A stretch of 64,000 nucleotides of DNA from Fonticula alba ATCC 38817. Its lineage: Eukaryota > Protista > Nucleariida. Location: the NCBI GenBank assembly GCA_000388065.2, contig KB932206.1, one strand, 5' to 3'. Below are positions 50,602 to 63,311 of the stretch, in pieces (the stretch's first letter is position 1; the number at the start of each line of letters is the position of its first letter). Under the pieces are notes generated by a model. The model was not told where the DNA came from and made no database searches. It saw nothing but the letters and a program-made list of their open reading frames with translations. The position numbers were made by a program, and so were the translations under genes.

Positions 50602-53018
50602 CGGGACAACAACACGGAAACACTATTCTCGGGACCGGGCCACCCGCGGGGCGCCCGGCCTCCGGAGGCGGCGGAGCAACGCACGCAAGAGCACCGCCGC
50701 CTGTGCCCTCGGCCGCCGCCGCTCTTGCCCCCGCGGCTGAGGCTCGCTCGCCGGCGGGCCAGCTCGCTCGGCCAGTGCGGTCCGACAGGGGCGCGCGCGC
50801 GCGTGTACGCACCTGCCAGCACGCATGCCAGCCCAAACACACACACACACACACCCTCTATCACTCTCACGTACACCGCGGCCTGCCGCGCAGCCTGCCA
50901 ACCAACCGGCAGACCACCATCACCGCCACTGGGGGCGCGCCTTCCAGGCGACGAGAGGCCGCAGGGGAGCCGGACTAGCGGACGGCCGAAGCACGTCGGC
51001 GAGCGCCCCCGGGGGCACTCGCGGGGCATGACGAGCTATCCGATCGAAAACGTGTGTCCGCCCACACCCCCCCCCTGCCCGCTCTGTCCGCCCGTCGGCC
51101 GCAAGGGCTTCCGGCCGAGCCAACTCCCTCACGGACCGGCGCAGGTCGGCGCCCGGCAGAGAGCCGCGGGGGGAGGGGAGGCGCACGCGCGCGCAAGGCC
51201 ACGTTTATTTCTTGCAACTCCGGCAGACGCTTTTTTATTGTTGTTTATATTCCTCCTGCCCTTTTTCTCGGTCTCCAGAAGTAAGCGCTCCGCCACATGG
51301 CGAGCTCATGAGCAGGGCCGCCGCCGGAGGGGCGAGCTTTCTCTCCGCGCCCACCCCCCCCCCCCTCCCCGGCTGACAACGGCGCAGAATGGAGACGGGC
51401 ACCCCGCCCGCCCTGGGGGGGGCGGGAGCCGCCCCCGATGGCCTCCCTTGGGGGATTGGGCGCCCGGGCCGGGAAATGGCCTGACCCTTCCGGGGAAGCT
51501 GCCTGCTTCCTCAGGCCCCACCCTCTCCCGAGCGCCCGACCGCAGGACACCCCGCGCCAAGGCCGGGCGCCCACGGCGGGCGTCAGGCCCCGGGCGCGCG
51601 GGGCCGCCCTTGCCGCCGGAAGCCAGTGCACACCCGCGCGCGAACACGGTAACGTCTAGCCCCCTGCGCCAACCCCCAGCCGGGCACACGACACAAGATG
51701 GGCCACGCGAGGCCCGACAGGGGTGCGCGGGGCTTCGGGCGCAACACGCGCCTGCTCACCTGGCCCCGGCCCCGGGGCCTCGCCTGGCCGATCGCTCCTC
51801 CGCCAGGGGATATGCGGCCCGTCTTCGCACCCGTGCACGCAAACACGAACACACGCGCACGCGCACACAGGCGCGGGCATGGTCCCCCACACGCGGTTAT
51901 GGGGCGGACAAACCAGAGAGAGAGAGAGATACGCTTGCACACGGGGATGCACAGACACACATGCTTGGGAGGGGCAGGGGCTCGAACGGCCCTGACGCCG
52001 TGCTGCCACTGGCACACGGTCGGGAGGTACCGACGCACCTCCCCGCCCCCTCTACACCCACCCAGGGCTGGCCCCGCAAACACCCCCCCCCCCCCCCCCC
52101 CCCCCCCCCCGCCTCCGCAGGCCCCGAGGAGAGAGCACCGGCACACGCGCTCGCCCCCTGGCAAAGGAGACCGGGCTGGGGCGAACAGCCGCCGGTTGTC
52201 GAGTCCTCGGTGCAAAGTCCCCGCCTGTCGGAATGGGCGCCACAGTTAAGGGTCTTCGCGGCGGGAATCACACGACCACTGGATGCATATTCCGGATGGC
52301 CATCCCAAATGATTTTCCCTGCCAAAAGGACATCTCCCGCCGGCTGGGACCGGAAAACTTGTCCCGCACCGCCCCTCCCTCGTCTCTAGATGCTTCTCAG
52401 GCGGAGCGGACGGTGATTGCCGCCGCTCGCCTCGATTGGCGCCCCGGGGGCTTGATCCCGGCGGTGCGGCCATCTCCGCGAGGACTGGTGGCACCTCACG
52501 CGCACCTTCACGCCCGGCCGACGTGTCAGCCATATCTCACTCGCTCGTGCCCATGCTCCGTGGCTGAGCCGCCCCCCCGCCCCCGCCCCCGCCCATTTCC
52601 CCGCAGTCGGTCTAGCGCACAGGACAGGCAGAAAAGGGGCAGCACACCGGCATGCGCAACATGTCCGCGCCTTTGTCGGAGGTGTCGCAGGGACGGGCCG
52701 CCGCCCGCCCCCCGGGCCGGGGCATCATCGCCATTAGTTCCGCCTCTGTCGCTCGGCGGCCCTCGTTCCCGCCCGCCCTGGGCAGCCGTTCTCGATCTTC
52801 GCCCCAGTGGAAGGGTCGGGGAGCTGGCGCGTGCGTGGAACCGTTTTCGGCCAGATCCGCACCCCCCGCGCCCCTCCCGGCGCCGCCTGCACACGCCCCC
52901 TTCTCGCCCTCGCCCTGCCCTACCCTCCCGCCGTGCCCCCCTCCTCCAGCCTCCCTCCCCCCTACCGCTCCTCCCCAACCCTTCTCTCCCACTCGAGACA
53001 GTTCTCCCCCCGTCCACC

Positions 53019-55192
53019 ATGTCGCTCGTGCGTCTCACATTGCTGGCATTTTTTTTCTCTCCTCGCCTCCTCCCCTGCCCCAGTGTCCCCCCCCCCCCCC
53101 CCGGCCAGTGAGTTGCTTACTCACCCACCCTCGCACAGAGCTTCAAGACCGCCGTCGGCAACGTCGTGGAGGGCGCCCTCACATACCCCTTCGTCAAGCT
53201 GGCCCAGCTGAAGTTCACCCTCCAGGCGACCAAGGACTGCCCGGACCTGGCTGCTGCCCAGGAGCAGGCTGTCACCGAGCTCTTCGAGCTCATCAAGAAG
53301 CACGGTACGGTGGCCCTGCCATGTCGTGCCTTGGCGCGCCCGTTGCCTGTCCATGCTCCTCCCCCCCCACCCGGCCCATGGTGCCACTTGCCGCTTGCTC
53401 TGACTCACCAGCGGTCCCGACTGATCGCCTCAGATATGGCCCCCTTCTATGAGGCGATCTGCGCCTCCGGCCTTTGGCCCAAGCCTCTGGACGCGACCCT
53501 GCTTGCTCAGCTGAAGGAGAGTGCGTATGCTGTCACCATGTGGCCGCCACCGCCGCCGCCGCCGCCCCATTGCTAAATGCCCCCCCCCCCCCTTCCCCTC
53601 CAGGCAACACGGCTGCCCTTGCGCGCTTCGATGCCGAGCTTGAGACCGCCAAGGAGTCCGCTGGACCGTCCGAGGTCCAGGCGGCCAACCAGAAGATCGC
53701 CGAGTACAAGGCCTTCATCGGTGCCCCGGTGCGTGCGCGCGCGGCCTCCTGTCGTCCGTGGCCTCGCCCGTTGATTGTGCCCCGAATGCTGACCCCCCCC
53801 CTGGGCCCTTCCCCCGGCTGCTGCTCCCTTCGCCGATGGGGTGCGGCGGTGCACATGCAATCAGGACGCGGCCGCCGCCCTGGAGACCGTCCTCGAGAGC
53901 ACGGTCGGTGCCGGCCCCCGCCTGGACAACGTCCTCCTGCTGGCTCGGTTTGCCTTTTCCCTGGCTGACAATGCCCTGATTGGCAAGTACATTGACCGCG
54001 CCAAGAAGTGCGTTTGCCCCCCCCCCCCGTCCCCCCCTGCCCACGGCACACAGGGGCCGCCCCATCGCACCCCCTCCCCATTTTGCCCCGTCTGCGCGCC
54101 CTGCCTGTGTGCACCGCTCACCTCCCCCTCCCCCCATTGGCTTCTCCTGCCCTCTCGTCTTCCTTCGTGCCCCCCCCCCCTTTCTCAACCAGGCTGATTG
54201 ATGCCGGTGGCGACTGGGACCGTCGCAACCGCCTGAAGGTCTACGAGGGCACCTATCTCATGTCCATCCGGGACTTTACTCGCGCGTCGGAGCTCTTCCT
54301 CTCGGCCCTGCCCACCTTCACCAGCACTGAGGTACCTTGCTTTGGCATTTCCTCGCACCCCCCCCCCCCCGCCCTCGCGCCGCTTTCTCACATCCTCCCC
54401 ATCCCCACCATCCCACAGCTCCTGCAATATGACACCTTTATCTCGTACTCCATCCTGATGTGCCTGTTCACCCTGGACCGCGAGATGCTCAAGTCCAAGG
54501 TGCGCCCTCGCCTCTCTGTCTTGCGCCCGCTGCCTTGCTTCTCCGCCCCTGACGTCTAACCCCGCCCTGCTTCTGTGGACCCCCGTCAACACACGCAGAT
54601 TCTCGACTCGCCCGAGGTCCTTGAGGTCGCCATCAAGGTGGCCCCCTTCCTGAACCTGGCCGAGTCTTTCTACAACTGCGAGTACCGGGCTTTCTTCACC
54701 CACCTGGCCGAGGTGGAGGCTCTCCTGAAGAAGGATCTTTTCCTCTTCCCCCACTACAAGTATTACGTCCGCGAGATGCGCATCCGGTACGCGACGGCCA
54801 TGCCCCCACGCGGCCACCCTTGCGGCGCCGGTCACCGACCCATTTGGCCCCCATCCATTCACCTTCTCCCTCCCTCCCTCTCGCTCTCCCTCTTTCTCTC
54901 TGCCTTCCCCCTCGCCACTCTGGCCAGTGCTTACGCCCAGTACCTGGAGCCGTACAAGTCGGTCAAGCTCCAGAGCATGGCCGACACCTTTGGCGTGTCG
55001 CCGACCTTCATTGATGAGGAGCTGTCGCGCTTCATCTCGGCCGGGCGCATCCACTGTGCCATCGACGCCGTGTCGGCCACCATCGCCACCCGGCGCCCGG
55101 ACAACCGCAACAGCCACTACCGGTCGATTGTCCAGGAGGGGGACCTGCTGCTGAACCGCATCCAGAAGCTGGCGCGTGTGACCGATCTGTAA
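53019..55192 (+). CDS. RPN7: 26S proteasome regulatory subunit RPN7 (PCI domain), 9 exons
   Basis: GGDWDRRNRLKVYEG, YVREMRIRAYAQYLEPYKSV, GRIHCAID, QEGDLLLNRIQKL. The first coding exon is 9 nt (ATGTCGCTC, 53019-53027). Confidence 0.93.
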
Positions 55193-55496
55193 GGGAGAAC
55201 CGCCGCCAGGAGCGGGCCTTCCAGCGGACGGGGCACCGGCCTCGCCGCTGCTCTTCCCCCGCCCTCTCCCGGCGTGCATTCCGTGTCCTCTGTTTGTCCC
55301 TCTTTCCAATGCTCTCTCTCTCTCTCTCTCTCCCTCCGTCTCTCTTCCTGTCCGGGGCTGATTTTGCCGCCGCGCCCGTCCCTGCATTCTTTTGGGCCAG
55401 AGCGCACCTCACACAGGCAGGGATCGAAGATGAAGGCCGAGGGTGAGAGGGGGGAGGAACACGCCCCCGTCCCCCCCGTTGTACAATATAAAAACA

Positions 55497-55533
<37 letters not shown>

Positions 55534-55967
55534 CCACTCCGATACTCCTCCCCTGTTCCCCCGGCGGGCCGGGGCGCGCACCAATGTAATCGGCCTACAC
55601 AGGTGTTTGGGCTGGCCATCCGATTTGGACAGGTGCCACCGAATGCACATGCGATGGCACTTCGCGAGGCGCCTCGTGTGCCTTGTCCGCGCCGGGTCGT
55701 GTTCTACGCCAGGCCGGATCGCACCGCGTCTCACACCCAGAGGCCGGATGCAGGGNNNNNNNNNNNNNNNNNNNNNNNNNNNNNNNNNNNNNNNNNNNNN
55801 NNNNNNNNNNNNNNNCCTTTTAGCCAGCCCGCGTGCAGTGGCCGCCACCCCCCGCCATTTGACATTCCCCTCCACACACCTCCCCCTCGTCCTGTTTTTC
55901 CTCCTCCCTCCCCTCCACCCTTTTCCCCCCTTCCCACCGGTTTTGCCCCTCGACTACCACACCACAC

Positions 55968-58900
55968 ATGCCGCCCGGCAAGAAGCCCGCCCCGTCGTTG
56001 GACGACTGGGCCGATGACCTGCCGGAGGCCGTCCTCAAGCAGGCGGCCGCCCAGGCTGGCCCCGCGCGCGCGGTGGTCTCCTCCCTCTTCACCAATAACC
56101 CGACGCTCGCCAAGCGCTCGGACCCGCTGCCGGACGTCAGCACCCTCGAGCGTACGAACGCCGCGTTGGCCGAGGCCAACTTCGACACCATGGGCCTAGA
56201 CCCGCGGGTGGTCCGCGCCCTGCGAGATCGCCTTGGTGTCCAGCGTCCGACAGCCATCCAGCACCAAGGTACACATCGCGAGCCCCATGTCCCCCCCCCC
56301 CTCCCCCCCTCCCTGTCCCCGTCCCCGTCCCCGTCCCCGCCCTGTGGCTCGTGCTCTCCCGCCTCATCCCCTGCGACTTGCCTGCTCCCCCCCCCCCTCC
56401 CCCACTTACCTTTTGTTCCTCCCCTCTTGCCAGCCATCCCGGCCATTCTCAGTGGACAGGATGTCATCATGCGCGCGCAAACCGGCTCCGGCAAGACGCT
56501 GTCCTTCCTGCTGCCGATTCTGCAGCATCTTTTGACCCTGTCGCCGCAGGTCTCCCGCGGTGATGGCGCGCTGTGCATGGTGATTGTGCCGACGCGCGAG
56601 TTGGCCGCCCAGACCCAGGCGGTGCTGGAGCGCCTAATCCAGGCCGCCGGCTGTGTGTGGATCGTGTCCGGGGCTCTGGCCGGTGGCGAGCGCCGCAAGG
56701 CCGAGAAGGCTCGCCTGCGCCGGGGGCTGAACATTGTCATCGGCACGCCGGGTCGGCTGAAGGATCACCTGGATCGGACGGCCGGCATGGACCTTTCGCA
56801 GGTTGGGTGGGTGGTGCTGGATGAGGCGGACCTGCTTCTGGATCTGGGTTTCGAGAAGGACGTCCGTGAGATCCTCAAGACCATCGACGAGGTGCGTGCT
56901 CCTCCCTTGCCTCCTTCCCTCTCGCCCTCTCGCCCTCTCGGCCTTCGGCCTTTGCCTTTTGGCCTCCCTGTGTTTTGTGTTAGGCGCCAGGACTGACACC
57001 TTGGCGGCACCATCGTACCCCTGCCGGGCCTGCTGTCCCTCTTCTCCAGCGTCGGGCTGTTCGCCGGATCGGCGTCCCGCGGGATCGGCGTCAGACTATC
57101 CTCTGCTCGGCCACCATCTCCAAGCGCCTGCAGGCCATCACGCAGTCGGCCATGGAGTCGCCGGTGTACATCTCCACCGACGAGACTCTGGTGGCCGGGG
57201 CTCAGCCGGCACCGGATGCCGAGGCCGCCAGCACCACCGCCCCGATGGTGATTGAGCCCGCCCCCGACATGGCGCCCGATGCCGGGTCGGATGTTGCCGG
57301 CGATGCCCCCAGTAAGGAGGGCGAGGATGCCAAGATGGTGGACACTGAGCTGGGTGAGCGCTTCCACGTGCCGGCGCAGCTGCTGCAAATCTACTATGAG
57401 CTGCCGACCAAGCTTCGTCTGGTGACGCTGGTGACGCTGCTGCAATCGCGTCTCGGCGTGACCGAGGATCAACTCCAGCGCCTGGACCAGACGCTCGCCG
57501 CACAGGCGGCTTCCGAGACCGCCGGTCCGGAGGGTGCCGATGCGGATTCGACCTCCAAGCCCACGGCCGCGACTCCCAAGCCGGCTGGCACGGCTCCCAA
57601 GTCGGCCGCGGCGCTGGCCGCCGAGAAGGCCCTCGGCAAGCGGCCCTCGGCCACGGACAAGCCCGCGACTGATGGCGCGCCGCCGGCTGCGGAGCCGGCC
57701 GATCCGGCCCTCGGCTTCGCGGATCCCAAGCGTGGCATTGTCTTCCTCAGCACCACCGACAGTGTGGACTTCCACTTTGCCCTGTTGACTCATGCGGCCA
57801 GTCGGCCGGTGCGCATCGACAACTCCGGTGCGGTGGTCCTCTTCGGGGAGAAGCCCGCCGATGGCGAAGCCGCTGGCGACGGGTCCGGCAGCGATTCCGA
57901 CGACGACGCCGCCGCCGCCGGGGCCCAGGGGTCCAGTGCTTCCGGGCCGGCCGACCCCGACCAGGGTGCGTCTCTCTTCGATTCGGACGAGGAGGATGGC
58001 GGTGCGGCTGGAGGTGGGTCGCGCGCGGCGCGGGCCCGTCGCCAGGGCCGTGCTCGGCACATTGCAGAACTGTCGAGCTCCTTCGACCCGGTGACCGGGA
58101 AGCCTCTGCAGCGCCAGGCGGCGTTGACCCTGTCGGCGTGGGCCACGGCCCCGATCCTCGGTGGGGCACGGGTATACCGCCTGCATGGGGACATGGCGCA
58201 GGCCGATCGGATGGCCACCTTCCGAGCATATCGCGAGGGCGCGGCCCGGGGTGAGGCGGCCGTGCTGCTTTGCTCGGATGTGGCCGCGCGCGGAGTGGAC
58301 CTGCCACAGGTGGACTTCGTGGTGCAGTACGACGTGGCCACCAGCGTGCGGGACTACGTCCACCGGATTGGCCGGACCGCGCGTGCCGGGCGCGAGGGGA
58401 CGTCCATTGTCTTCCTGATGCCGCACGAGGCAGCCGGGTACACGGAATTCCTGCGCACCAACCATGAGTTGGTCCTTCTCCGGTCGGACTATGAGGCCAT
58501 GCTGATTGGCACCTGGGGCGGTCGCGCCAAGCGCGCGCACCGGCTGGCCGTCAAACAGGCGGTAGACCGGGCTCAGCGGCGTGCGGGACCCACCGCGCGG
58601 CTGAAGCACGAGGAGCGGGAGCGCATTCGTCGCGCGGTGCGCATGCCGGATTGGCGCGAGCTGTTGACCGGCTTGCAGCGGTCCTTCGAGCGGCAGACGT
58701 CGCACCGAGCGGTACGCCAGGACATCCTCGCCTTTTTGTGCCTTTCTTCCCTCCCCCGTCCCCCCCCCCTCTCTCTCTCTCTCTCTTTCATACACATGCA
58801 TACACTCTCTTTCTCTCACCAGCTGACCTTTTGTCGGTCTTGTGCCCCCCGGGGGGGTGGTTTGCTTCCTGCTGTGCCACTCAGTTCCACAAGCTTTCTG

Positions 58901-59435
58901 TCCGCGCGCTGCGGTCCTACATTCGTGCGTATGCCACGCATCCGAAGGCCATGCGGGCCTTCTTCCACCCGAAGCAGCTCCATCTGGGGCATTTGGCCAA
59001 GAGGTACGTCTCCCCGGGGTCTTTTGGTGGCATACCTTTGGTGCGGGTGCCCGCCGGGTGACAGGGGACATTTACTCACATTGGCATGTGTTCAGCTTTG
59101 GCCTGGTGGATGCGCCGTCTCGCTTTGCCGCCGGCAAGGGCAAGGCCGCCAAGGCTGCCTCCGGCGGTGGTGGTGCTGGCGGCGGCGGGTCTTCCCACTC
59201 TGCGAGCGCCGGGAAGAAGTCCGCCAAGGCCCTGGCGGCCGCGGAGAATGCAGGCACGGCAGCCATCGCCGCACACGAGTACAACCGTCTCTCCTTCGTG
59301 AAGCCCGTGCACGTGGCCCGCGAGGAGGTCAAGCGTGCCAAGCGCAAGGCGGCCTCCGATGAGTTCGGCATTAGTGCCGGCATCGGTGGCATGCTTTCGG
59401 GTCCGATGACGCGCAAGGCCAAAAAGCAGCGTTGA
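55968..59435 (+). CDS. DBP7: DEAD-box RNA helicase DBP7/DDX31 (about 959 aa)
   Basis: Exons 55968-56268, 56434-56891, 57050-58711, 58885-59003 and 59096-59435. Motifs AQTGSGKT, PTRELA, GGERRKAEKARLRRG, DEAD, SAT, ARGVD, HRIGRTAR and FHPKQLHLGHLAK. Confidence 0.92.
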
Positions 59436-59884
59436 GGCTGCCCTCCTCCCCCCCCTTCTTGTGTTTCCGGACCGGTCCGAGTGTCGCTCTTTCCTCTCTC
59501 TCTCTCTCTGCCCATCCTCAGAATCACGGATAGGCTGGCCTCATTAAAGATAGACGCGCATGTGCCTTGGCCGGGTCTCTCCTGCTGTCCTTCATGTTGC
59601 CCGTGGCCGTGGTGAGATGAAGACGGATCATGTGGGGATATGTTACATTGTTGGGGGCAGGAGGGGGAGGGGAGAGAGGGTACAAGGGAGGGAGGGGGGG
59701 GGGGGATGTGGTGCGTGTGTGCGTGTGTGCGTGGGGGAACTAGGGACACGGCGCGTGTGCGCGTACGCAAAAGCACACGCACACATACACACAAGGTTAT
59801 GGCGGAGCGATGGGCGGAGAGGACCGCAGGCAGGCGCCAGGGGGGGGGGGGGGGGGGGGGGGGCTGGCAATGCCGGGCCCATAC

Positions 59885-60557
59885 TCACTCCAGGGTCTCC
59901 AGATGCCGGAAGCGCGTGAGGATGAGCTGCTTCTGGGTCTCATAAAGCTCACCATTGAGGATCAGCTCGTCCAGGATGTGGTACACCTTGTGGAAGAAGA
60001 AGATCAGGTCCAGCTCCGAGACATTCTGGAAGTACTGGTCCAGGGTCTCAACGAAGAGGTGAATGGCCTCCAGGTAGGCGAGGACGTTGTCCTCGGAATC
60101 CACACACAGGCAGAAGAAGAGCCCGGCGTAGCGCTTGTACACGAGCTTGTGGGTGCGGAACTGAGCAACGCGGCATCAGTTTACCGAGCAAGTCAGGAGA
60201 GAGGGAGAGAGGGAAAGGGGGGAGAACGGGAGGGGGGACTGGGCTTGAGGCCCCGCCGCCGTGCGCGAGAACGAACCTCAACAAAGTTGGACTGGTACTT
60301 GTTGTCGCGGGCGGCGACAACGCGATGCACGTCGTTCTTCAGCTTGATCTTCTCCGCATCATCGAAGGGGACATACCACTTGGCGAGACGGGTCTTGCCC
60401 TGGCGGTTCTGGACAAGCAGGAAGTGGATCTGCGCAATGGGCGCGCCGGGAATGCCCAATCCCAGAGCGGCCGGGTGAAGGCGGTGTGAGTGGGAAAGTG
60501 CTGGCGCAGGGGGCGAGCGGGGAGCGAGCGGGGAGCGAGGCCCAGGGCGCGCACCAT
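59885..60557 (-). CDS. AP2S1: AP-2 adaptor complex sigma subunit (143 aa)
   Basis: ATG-only first exon 60557-60555, then 60429-60277 and 60160-59885. NRQGKTRLAKWY, RDNKYQSNFVEF, YKRYAGLFFC, NVSELDLIF. Confidence 0.92.
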
Positions 60558-61171
60558 TGGGAGGGGGCCGATGGCGATGCGGCGAGAAGGGGGGCGGTGT
60601 GGGAGGAGGGCGAGCACAGGAAAGCAGACGGGGTGGGGGGGGGGGGGGGGGGGGGGGGGAGGAGGAGAGGGTGCCCGGCGCCCGGGGGCCGGGGCGTGGA
60701 CGCGCAGACCCACCTCTTGATAATCCTCCCCCGCCCTCCTCCGCCCGCCAGGGGAAAAGAGAATGTGGCCGTGACAGATCATCCACCCCAGGGGCCGGCG
60801 AGCCGGGGAGAAGGGAGATCCCGCACAGGCCTGTGGGGCGGCGGCATCCCCCCCCCCCCCCCCCCTTGCTCTCGGCCCGGGGAGAAGAGGGCCCTGGCCA
60901 ACCACAGCCCACGGACGGGCGACCGGCGGCAGTTGGAGATCGAATCACACGGACATCACGCGCCAGGCCGGCGCTCGGGCCGGAGGCATTTGGCCCGGCG
61001 CCTGGCGGCTGCGTTTCCCCCTGGAAAAAAAAGCCTGCCCCTGGAGAAGGTGCTGGTTGCCTCGAGGCCAAGAGGGAGAGGCGGGGAGGGGCCTGCAGGC
61101 CCCGGGCGTGGTGGCCGCCCAGAGATTAGCGGTCTCTCGCCTCGGGGGGGGGGGGGGGGGGGGGGGGGGGT

Positions 61172-61207
<36 letters not shown>

Positions 61208-62142
61208 NNNNNNNNNNNNNNNNNNNNNNNNNNNNNNNNNNNNNNNNNNNNNNNNNNNNNNNNNNNNNNNNNNNNNNNNNNNNGGGGGGGGGGGCAGGGT
61301 GCTTCTCGGGCGAGAGTTGCTTGAGCTGTGGTCTTTTTTACTGCAGCTAATCTTCCGGAACGCGGCGATCGGCCTTTGGGCTGTGTGCCCCGGCGTGGGA
61401 GGGCCGTTCGTCGGCAACTGTGCCGAGAGCGGGCCGCGGCTGCGGCCGAACGTTGGGGTGTGGGCGCGGCAGCCTCCAGCGCCCGCCCCCCCCCCCCCCC
61501 GGAGGGGGTCAGATCGCCCGGCCCAAGCCACCCGACGAGTTGCCCGTGCTCCCTGCCCCTGGCCGGTTGCCCCTTCGGCACGTCTTGGAGACTAGACGCA
61601 GCGGGCCCGTGTTCCCGGTCGCTGTGTCGGGATCTCGATCTGTGTGCGCGAATGGGCGACTCTATTGGGGCGAACCCGGCCCCCTCCCAACCTGCGCGTT
61701 CCTCCCTCCCCCCCGGAGGCTTGGTGCCGAGTAAGCCCCGGTACCCAGGGTGGCAAACCGGTTTGCGGTCGTGCCTACGGTCGCTTCCGGCGGTGGCGGG
61801 GGGGGGGGGGGCGGGGGGGGGGACGGGAAAATTGCCGGCGTGCCTCGTCCGTCAGTCTTGCGGGGAGATCGCTTGGCCCGGCACTAGTGAATGTTCGCAC
61901 AGGCTGGCTCGGTCGGGAGTTGCACAGGAGCCACCAAGGACGGAGTGCGGGGGGCGGGGGGCGGGGGGCGGAGAGGGGGAGGGTGGAACAGACTCGGTCG
62001 CGCCCCTCTGCTGAGGATTGCTCCTGGCGACACCTTTCAAATTCCACAACGTCCCGCCCGGGCGAAGCGGTATCTCTCTCTCTCTCTCTCGCTCCCCCCC
62101 TCCGCTCCTTCGTTCCACGTTGCTGCTGGTCTTCGACCGTTC

Positions 62143-62175
<33 letters not shown>

Positions 62176-62333
62176 ATTATACTCGCACACTCCACACTCT
62201 GTCATGGATGTGTGTGTGTGTGTGTGTGGCCCGCTCATGCACCGGCCCCTTCCCCGCTGACGACGCCCGCTCTTTCTGCCACCACCCTCCATCCCTCGGC
62301 TTCCAGCCCTCTCCCCCCCCCTCTCCCCAAAGC

Positions 62334-63247
62334 ATGCTCTCCCGCATTGCCACTTCCGGTATCACCGCCACTGCTGCCCGGACTTTTACCACCTCCGCTG
62401 CCGTCGCCGCCGCCAACATGCCCAAGGATTTCAACCAGATCGCCAAGTCCCTCGAGGAGCACAAGGACTCCGCCGGGAACCTCCCCCTCCTGCGCTTCGG
62501 CGACGTTTCTGACCCCGCGGTCATCGTCCTCCAGGTCCGTGCCTCTTCCGGGCTCCTGCCACGCGCCCGGCCGTGTCTTTTGCTGACCCCTCTGCATGCA
62601 TCCCCCCCCCCCCCCCCCCCCCCCCCCGCCCCCCACCCCCGCCCCTATCCTCATGCACCATGTCGCACCAACAGGAGTGGTGGGGCATCAACGGCGACGT
62701 CAAGGACCACGCCCGGCAGATCGCCGCGCGCGGCTACGAGGCCGTCATCCCCGACCTCTATCGCGGCAAGTCCACCCTGGAGGTGGCCGAGGCCGAGCAC
62801 CTGATGAACGACCTGGACTTCGCCAAGGCCATCACCGACCTGGACGCCCTGATCAAGCATGTCCGCGAGACCAAGGGCTGTGCCGGGGTCAACCGCCCTG
62901 TCGTGCTGACTGGCTTCTGCATGGGCAGCATTCTGGCCCTGGCCACTGCTGCCAAGGCGGAGAACCGTGTTGACGGTGTTGTTGGTACCTACATCCTCCT
63001 TGTTCCTTTCTTCTTCTTTTTTTCCCCCCCCTCGGTGCCTGGCCACGGCTGGCATGTCTCTTCTCCCGTCCTCCTCTCCCGTCCTCCTCTCCCTTGTATC
63101 GCACGTGTTGACCACGATCGCCCGACGTCCTCTTGTCTCCCCCTTCCTCCTCCCTGCCCGATGCTGGTCATTCACGCATAGGCTTCTACGGCGTCCCCTC
63201 GGCCGATGTTGCCGACCTGACCCAGATCAAGGCGCCGGTCCAGGTAC

Positions 63248-63311
<64 letters not shown>

